DNA of 64,000 bases from positions 186,001 through 250,000 of the forward strand of contig OW569369.1 in NCBI GenBank assembly GCA_937625935.1. Direction: 5' to 3'. The notes below the pieces were generated by a model, which was not told where the DNA came from, made no database searches, and saw only the letters and a program-made list of their open reading frames with translations. This document shows positions 57,705-64,000 of the stretch, piece after piece. Every line of letters starts with the position of its first letter. The stretch's first letter is position 1. Source of the DNA: Tetramitus jugosus. Its lineage: Eukaryota; Protista; Heterolobosea. A program made the translations under genes and the position numbers.

Positions 57705-58162
57705 TTCTTATCTATGAGATGTCAAATAAATTATGTGATGAAGTGTTGTTATTGTTATTGGTTGTTATTTCGTTGTTTTTTGGTGGTGAGTCAATTTGTC
57801 GGGCGTTGGTGCGAACAGATAGGGAAGGTTGGGCGTTGGAACGGTTGCAAGGTTTGGGGCCTCTCTTTGAGGGTTGGAATGAGCGCAGTGCAAATTTCTC
57901 TCCTGGTATTCGTTGCGGTTGTGTGGAATGTCTGAGTCTTTTCTTCCGCCATGGGATGGTACTGATGGTTGACACAAAGCGAGTCGAATCCCAAAGATTT
58001 TCTGATTCTGAAAATCTTTTTCATCTATTTTTTGGTTATGGTATGATGAAAAGTGATGCATGACCAGGTCTTCTTGGACTTGTATTTATTGTTGGTTTAT
58101 TTGGAAATGGAGAATGCACAGAGGTTTCTCTTCTTCACTATTCACAGAGATCTTACAAACAC

Positions 58163-60080
58163 TTATTGTTTTTGAATCTTACCAGCCTTCAGAATTTCGT
58201 CAACGTACAGCAGCTGAGTGGCAGTGTAGGTAGCAGCTTCCAGGGTGTGTTGTTTCACGGTATAGTTATCCAAAACACCGGCTTGAATTGGGTCAAACAC
58301 ATCCCCAGTGTAAATGTCGAGACCTGCAATTTGTCCCTTGTCTGCTGCCTGTTGCAAGCTAATTAGTACATCTTGGGAATCAAAGCCAGAGTTTTGAGCC
58401 AATGTCTTTGGAATGACCAACAATGATTCAGCAAAGCATTTCACACCTAATTGTGCTCTACCGGAGACAGTCTTAGAGTATTGCATAATGTGGTTGTGCA
58501 ATGCAATTTCAAATGCACCAGCACCAGGAACAACACAGTCATCCTCAATAGTGTTCTTGACAGCTCTCAAACCATCACGCACAGCATCCTTGATTCTAGC
58601 AATGGTGTAGTTGTTTGGTCCCTTGATCAAAATGGTACATGATTGAGGGTGCTTGCAACCTTCAACAAATGTATACTTTTCTTCACCGAGAACTTGTTCA
58701 TAGACGTTCTCAGCAAAGCCCAAGCAGTCTTCAGTCAAATCTTCCAATGCGTTCAATGCAACACCACCGCAAGCCTTGGTCAAACGTTCCATATTTCTTC
58801 TCTTGGCACGTCTCAATGCCAAAATACCAGCCTTGGCCAACATGTCCAATGCACCAGGGTCAATACCCTTTTGGTTAATGACAACGAATCCTCTTGGTTC
58901 CTTGGCATCATCGCAAACAGTCTTCTTGAATTCAACAATCTTGGCAACCTTGTCATCAACAACCTTTCTCTCAGCTGCAGCCATCTTTTGTCTCTTTTCA
59001 GCAGAGTCAACAAAGAATGCAGAGTTGACCTCACTCTTCTCATACTCCAATGAAACATTCAATGTCATAATATAGGCATTCTTAACATTCTTTGGCATAT
59101 CAGGATGACGTCCACCGTGATCCAAGACCAAACCATTGACAAATCTAGTGTCATCATCGGATCTGTGTCTCATGTGCATCAATTCAACCATGAACAAATC
59201 AATTGCTTCATTGTTCACTTGAATTGTTTGAACGGCATCAACAATGATATCAGCCATCTTTTCAGCCAACTTTTCGTGCAACTTGGTCTTGAGGGTAGTC
59301 TTTGCAATATTGACCAAAACTTCTCTGTCGACCTTGACCTTGCTCTGCATGTCCTTCTTGTACTTTTGCAAAAATTCTTGAGCTTCATTTCTGGCCAAAT
59401 AGATACCTTCAATCAAAACAGATGGATGGACACCTTCGTTCAAGTAGCGTTGTGCTTGACCCAAAATCTCACCAATCAACAAAACAGTGGTAGTTGTACC
59501 ATCACCAGTCTCATCGTCTTGAGCAGTAGCAGTACGAGCAATCAACGCAGCTGTTGGATGTTGAATTTGCTAAAGACATCGAAAAAAAAGTCATGTCAGC
59601 AAGAATGTTTTGGTTTGCACTTGCGATAAGTGTGAAGAAGGGTTGAATAAAATAGGAAGTGTCGTATGAGATTTCTTGTGTGCGAGGAGCAAAAATTATT
59701 CTCGTAGTGATCAAAGCTACAATCTCTCTCACAAAAAATGCTTTTTTTGATACAAAAATGCAATGGTCTCCTCATGGGATAACCTAAGAAAGAAAATTGC
59801 TTTTTTGCATGACCTCATGATCGTCACCATCACACCGCACCACACATCAAAACTAGTTTGGTCAAAGTAACTTGAGACATACCATATCATTCAATAGAAC
59901 ATTTCCGTCCTTTGTGGTTCTGATGTCACCAGCTCCACTGACCAACATCTTCAAGGTACCTCTTGGACCCAAATTTGTCTTCAAAATAGCTTGCAGTGAT
60001 CTAGCAGCGCCAATGTTGATTAGCAAAGCTTGATTTTGATGAGCAATATCAGAGTTATTGTTTATAGTTTGGATAGACAT
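58163..60080 (-). CDS. CCT6: T-complex protein 1 subunit zeta; exons 60080-59883 and 59569-58163
   Basis: [63 protein letters not shown]; 313-nt intron at 59882-59570. Confidence 0.97.
59674..59812 (-). ncRNA. Candidate intronic H/ACA-like snoRNA in the CCT6 intron
   Basis: Hairpin, A-rich hinge, second hairpin, then ACA, all on the sense strand; folded by eye only. Confidence 0.3.
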
Positions 60081-60367
60081 GTCTTTTGAATTTCTCAGAG
60101 ATGATGTAAAAGCTCGTCCAGAGGTGTTGATGATGGATTAAGTACAAGTGTTTGTGTGGAATCACAAAGAAATTTTTTGGAGGGAGAGTCGGCGACAAAA
60201 AGATCCGGCTTGAAGTTTTGTCGGAAAGTGTTGCAAATTGTAAAGTCGCAGGTTTGTAAGAAAATTTCCACACCAACACAGCCAATACACAAAATGAACT
60301 TCTGAGCGAGCTCACGAAGAATGTTGACTGAAATTGAAGTGTAATGCGATGGATTTATTGTTTCCAA

Positions 60368-60700
60368 TTATTCAGCATTTTCTTCCTGTTCAATGTTCGC
60401 TCTCAACTCTTCCAAATCCAAATTTTGAATCCAGCCACAGTCGGTGCACAACTTGATGTTCAAGCCATCACTGTCACCCAAGGCACTGTGGAAGTCTGGC
60501 AGATAGCCTCTACCTTCTTTTCCACTGGGAAATGTCCAATAGGAGTTATCCGATGCTCTTGATGTAAGTGTCAGAATGTTTGTCTTCTTGCACTTGGTGC
60601 ACTCTTGTTTTGGAGTTTGGATTTTTTCATCATCTGAATCACTAAATGAGTCTTCACTGTCACTCTCAGTTACCTTTCTCTTCTTGTTAGCTGGGGGCAT
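60368..60700 (-). CDS. Small CxxC...CxxC zinc-ribbon protein with a basic NLS-like and acidic N-terminus
   Basis: 110-aa intronless ORF; PANKKRK; CTKC...GYLPD...CTDCG. Confidence 0.6.
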   Translation of the reverse strand: MPPANKKRKVTESDSEDSFSDSDDEKIQTPKQECTKCKKTNILTLTSRASDNSYWTFPSGKEGRGYLPDFHSALGDSDGLNIKLCTDCGWIQNLDLEELRANIEQEENAE

Positions 60701-60829
60701 TTGTTAGTTAACACACGTTGTTTTTTGTTTTACCTCCCTATTGGATGGTTGCGGGGTGGGATATCTTCCTAAGTTCTGGAAATCTATTATTAAATATATA
60801 ATTGTCCGAAATGGATTGTATAATACAAT

Positions 60830-60900
60830 TCTCCTATGGTCTAGTGGTATGATAGCGGACTCTGAATCCGTTGACGGTGGTTCGATTCCACCTAGGAGAA
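60830..60900 (+). tRNA. tRNA-Gln (CTG)
   Basis: Acceptor TCTCCTA/TAGGAGA; anticodon arm GCGGA-CTCTGAA-TCCGT; T arm GGTGG-TTCGATT-CCACC; T5 terminator at 60903. Confidence 0.92.
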
Positions 60901-61196
60901 ACTTTTTATCAACCCGACTTGCTTTTGCGAAGAAGTGACGTTCTGGTTTTCTGGCGTGCTGCATCAGTTGCGATGTGCGCTCCGGACAGCATTCCTTCCA
61001 TGCGACATTGGCTAGCAGCGGACATGCGACCTTTGTGTGAATATCCACTTCGGACAAACAAAATTGCGCACACAACAACCAACACGCAATCAAAATCTGT
61101 TTGCTGAACTCCAACTCAAAAGCTTTTTCGTTTGTCGACAAGAGAAAAAAAAGCAAACAAACAACCAACCTCACAATTAACCAAAAACAAGATAAA

Positions 61197-62390
61197 ATGT
61201 CCACTGATCCATTCGCAGCCTTCTCCAAGCAAAATTTTGCTCACTTTGGTACTGATGCCATCCACGCTGGCCAAGAACCTGATCCAAGCACTGGTGCCGT
61301 CATTACTCCCATCAGTCTCAGCTCCACCTTTGCTCAAAAGTCACCTGGTGTAAAGTATGGAAACTACGAGTACGCACGTACTGCCAATCCAACCCGTGAT
61401 GCCTTTGAGAATTGCTTGGCAAAGCTTGAGAATGGAAAGTTTGGTGCTGCTTTTAGCAGTGGTCTCGGCTGTACCTCCACACTCTTGCACTTGTTGAAGC
61501 AAGGTGATCACGTCGTTGTTGTAGATGATGTGTATGGTGGAACTGGACGTTATTTCCGTACGATTGCCTCAGAGTTTGGCATTAGCTTTAGCTTCTTGGA
61601 CTTTAATGAGGAAGGTGCACTGGAGAATGCGTTCACTGAGAACACAAAGATGGTCTGGTTGGAAACACCATCCAATCCAACACTCAAGATTACTGATATT
61701 GAAAAGACGGCTGAAATCTCTCACAAGCACGGTGCTCTATTGGTTGTAGACAACACTTTTATGTCACCTTACTTCCAGAGACCATTGGACTTGGGTGCTG
61801 ACATTGTGATGCACAGTGTGACCAAGTACATTGGTGGACACAGTGATACTGTTATGGGTGCTTTGTGCTGCAATGATGAAGCACTGTTCAAGAGAATCAA
61901 GTACCTCCAGAACTCTATTGGTATGATTCCATCTCCATTTGACTCCTTTTTGGCATTGAGATCACTCAAGACTCTCCACGTTCGTATGCCTAGACACGCT
62001 GAAAATGCACAAAAGGTGGCAGAGTTCCTCGAGACTCATCCAAAGATTGAAAAGACTGTTTTCCCTGGATTGAAGTCTCATCCACAGTATGAACTTGCAA
62101 CCAAGCAAATGACTGGCCCTGGTGGTATGATCACTTTTTGGTTGAAGGGTGATATTGTCCAAGCAAGACAATTCTTGGAGAATGTCAAGGTCTTTACATT
62201 GGCTGAGAGCTTGGGTGGTGTTGAGAGTTTGGTCAACCATCCTGCCATCATGACCCACGCTTCTGTTCCTGCTGACCACAGAAAGAAGCTCGGAATCAGT
62301 GACAGCCTTGTCAGATTGAGCGTTGGTATTGAAGATGCCGATGATTTGCTCGAAGATTTGAAGTTTGCTTTGGATCAAGTTCAACTCTAA
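61197..62390 (+). CDS. CTH: Cystathionine gamma-lyase
   Basis: YEYARTANPTR, DDVYGGT, WLETPSNP, VVDNTF, PLP-lysine motif HSVTKYIGGHSD, LAESLGGVESL, RLSVGIE. Confidence 0.95.
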   Translation: MSTDPFAAFSKQNFAHFGTDAIHAGQEPDPSTGAVITPISLSSTFAQKSPGVKYGNYEYARTANPTRDAFENCLAKLENGKFGAAFSSGLGCTSTLLHLLKQGDHVVVVDDVYGGTGRYFRTIASEFGISFSFLDFNEEGALENAFTENTKMVWLETPSNPTLKITDIEKTAEISHKHGALLVVDNTFMSPYFQRPLDLGADIVMHSVTKYIGGHSDTVMGALCCNDEALFKRIKYLQNSIGMIPSPFDSFLALRSLKTLHVRMPRHAENAQKVAEFLETHPKIEKTVFPGLKSHPQYELATKQMTGPGGMITFWLKGDIVQARQFLENVKVFTLAESLGGVESLVNHPAIMTHASVPADHRKKLGISDSLVRLSVGIEDADDLLEDLKFALDQVQL

Positions 62391-62489
62391 GCGTTTACTC
62401 AATTTTCTTTAAAATAAAAACAATGTTTTGTACTTTACAATATGGTCAGTGCTTGTTTTGTTCTTGTTGTTTGGCTTTTGTTTCACCTC

Positions 62490-62660
62490 ACCTGCTCGAC
62501 ATGGCATGGATCCGTTTCTGAACAGCACTTTGTCAAACCATGGGGAGATAGATTTTAGGTTAGCTGGGGCCGTCATCATCGTACAAATAGTTACATACAC
62601 TCTGGTATGTAACGTACCACGACGTACTTGGGCGTGAAACCACTCCAGCTGACGGCTGCC
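62490..62660 (-). mobile_element. Old, internally deleted non-LTR retrotransposon fragment (target of the later insertions)
   Basis: Encodes SRQLEWFHAQVRRGTLHT...ISPWFDKVLFRNG, homologous to DRRLEWFQLQVRSGTLHT...IDIWFDNVRLKNG in the adjacent element. Confidence 0.65.
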
Positions 62661-63859
62661 TTTTTTTTTTTTTAAATACAACCAGTTTCGGTTGCTCACT
62701 TTATTGTCTATTGTTTTCTTCAGCCATCGCTCTTCGAGCGATGGCCCTTGGTCACCTGATTAATTCTCAATGGCGCTCGCAGAGAGTCATTGCTGTTTCG
62801 CTTTTGTTGTGGTGAAGAGGTGAAGGAGTGTCGTAAGACATCTCCGTTTCACCCCATTCACATAAATTCTTGCTTTTTTTTCGCCCACTGCTACTTTGAC
62901 TCCACTGGCTACCAAGCCATTGGTGACATCTTCGATGGCACTCTTTTCGATGCCCATCATCCCTGCCAGAAATTCTCTGCTAGTCCACCGCAGTGCTCTT
63001 TTTTCAATCTTTCCGTTCTTGAGTCTAACATTATCGAACCAAATGTCGATACAACTGTCAGCTGACACTCCCGGGCTAATTAATTCCTTACACACTGTTA
63101 GTGCTAGACACCGTCTAGCATGAACAGACCTGGGACAGCGTACCAAGCAGTGTAAAACTCTCGGGTTCTTTATTGCACCAGGAGCACATGATAGACGTAT
63201 CCTGAGGGTTGTAAAGACCTCTTATAACTTCCTCTGTGTGTAGAGTTCCACTTCTCACTTGAAGTTGGAACCATTCTAATCTTCTATCCACACCATGAGG
63301 ATATTTCAGGAAGGAAAAGTCAGCGCCACTGTAATTTGCTGCTTTTTGCAACCACCATCTGTCACGCTCCTCAACTCGGCTATTGCGCTCTTGATCAAAC
63401 AAGGATTGAAGGTGATTTCTACTCTCTCAGATCTGAGTTCACCTTTGTACAATGCAGGCTCGCCACACGACCCGAGACTTCGGTGCTGACAATTACACTC
63501 TTTCATTTGAGAGATCAGGATACTAAGCAACTGATGGCTCTGTGCACCCAGTTTACAGTTGGGATAGACTTGCTTGAACTCTTTGAAGCACACAGGCTCA
63601 CCATCCACCACTAACTGTTTACGACTGACTATACCCACAACATAAAGTTTCTTGAGCAAAGTGGATGGAATGTACCTTGCGAGCCAACAGTCATCGCACT
63701 GTTTGGCCGCGCTAGAGGGCATTTGGATGTTGTGACAGTGCATCCTGTCGGCACACCACTTATGGTAGGAGTATTTCACGCACTCTAGTCTGTTCCTTGA
63801 CTGATACACATTCTCTTGTTGGAATGTTTGATGATGCTTGATATCCTCAAGCGTGTCAA
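62661..63859 (-). mobile_element. 5'-truncated non-LTR retrotransposon (~1.2 kb, C-terminal CCHC zinc-knuckle region, frameshifted)
   Basis: Flanked by the perfect 16-bp direct repeat CCAGCTGACGGCTGCC (62645-62660 and 63860-63875); A13 tail at 62661-62673; AATAAA at 62705-62700; CSWC..ES../HCLVRC knuckle split by a frameshift near 63145. Confidence 0.85.
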
Positions 63860-63883
63860 CCAGCTGACGGCTGCCCTCTGGAC

Positions 63884-63885
<2 letters not shown>

Positions 63886-63914
<29 letters not shown>

Positions 63915-64000
63915 GTTCCATACAACCAAGTGTGCGCAAGCACACGATTGCTCATTTATTGACTTGTTTTGTGAGTGACGACCCGTAGGGCGTCGCTCAC
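63886..64000 (-). mobile_element. 3' end of a further related retroelement, continuing beyond the window
   Basis: A29 tail at 63886-63914. Shares CAATAAA(G)TGAGCAA...TGGTTGTAT and an upstream hairpin with the 3' end at 62674-62745. Confidence 0.8.

Noticed and set aside
59686-59700. Sm-site-like AATTTTTG in the CCT6 intron, suggesting a spliceosomal snRNA
   Set aside because: No U1/U2/U4/U5 conserved elements nearby, and the motif is common in AT-rich DNA and appears to be base-paired.
60704-61228. 174-aa minus-strand ORF and other ORFs overlapping the tRNAs (also 55013-55337)
   Set aside because: These are translations of tRNA genes and promoter DNA.
63860-63929. Poly-Lys N-terminus of ORF 63306-63929 (and KKKK in 62409-62699)
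   Set aside because: Read-through of retroelement poly(A) tails, not real protein sequence.

Overview
Gene-dense eukaryotic nuclear DNA with short GT-AG introns (about 50-310 nt), Asn/Gln/Asp low-complexity tracts and the standard genetic code. The style suggests a flagellum-forming protist, possibly a heterolobosean (inference, not proven). About 34 protein-coding genes can be reconstructed. These include GCN1, mitochondrial proteins (HMG-box, TyrRS, Tim10, Hsp70, Nfu1), ciliary proteins (BBS5, Tctex-type dynein light chain, CFAP141-like, a MIP-like protein), SKA2, UTP25, CCT6, PITP, TBCA, a ROK fructokinase and cystathionine gamma-lyase. There are also two tRNA genes (Asp-GTC, Gln-CTG). Most notable: (1) a nested stack of three non-LTR retrotransposon remnants at the right end, with a perfect 16-bp target-site duplication, poly(A) tails and structurally conserved 3' hairpins, where two insertions landed 10 bp apart; (2) a UBL-UBL-vWA-E2 fusion enzyme; (3) two clear pseudoenzymes, a mitochondrial DEAD-box-like protein and a membrane alpha/beta-hydrolase; (4) neighbouring genes paired by function, with shared promoter motifs; (5) a structured, snoRNA-like insert in the CCT6 intron; (6) a tRNA-Gln with an atypical acceptor stem. 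All family assignments are by motif recognition only; no searches were run.
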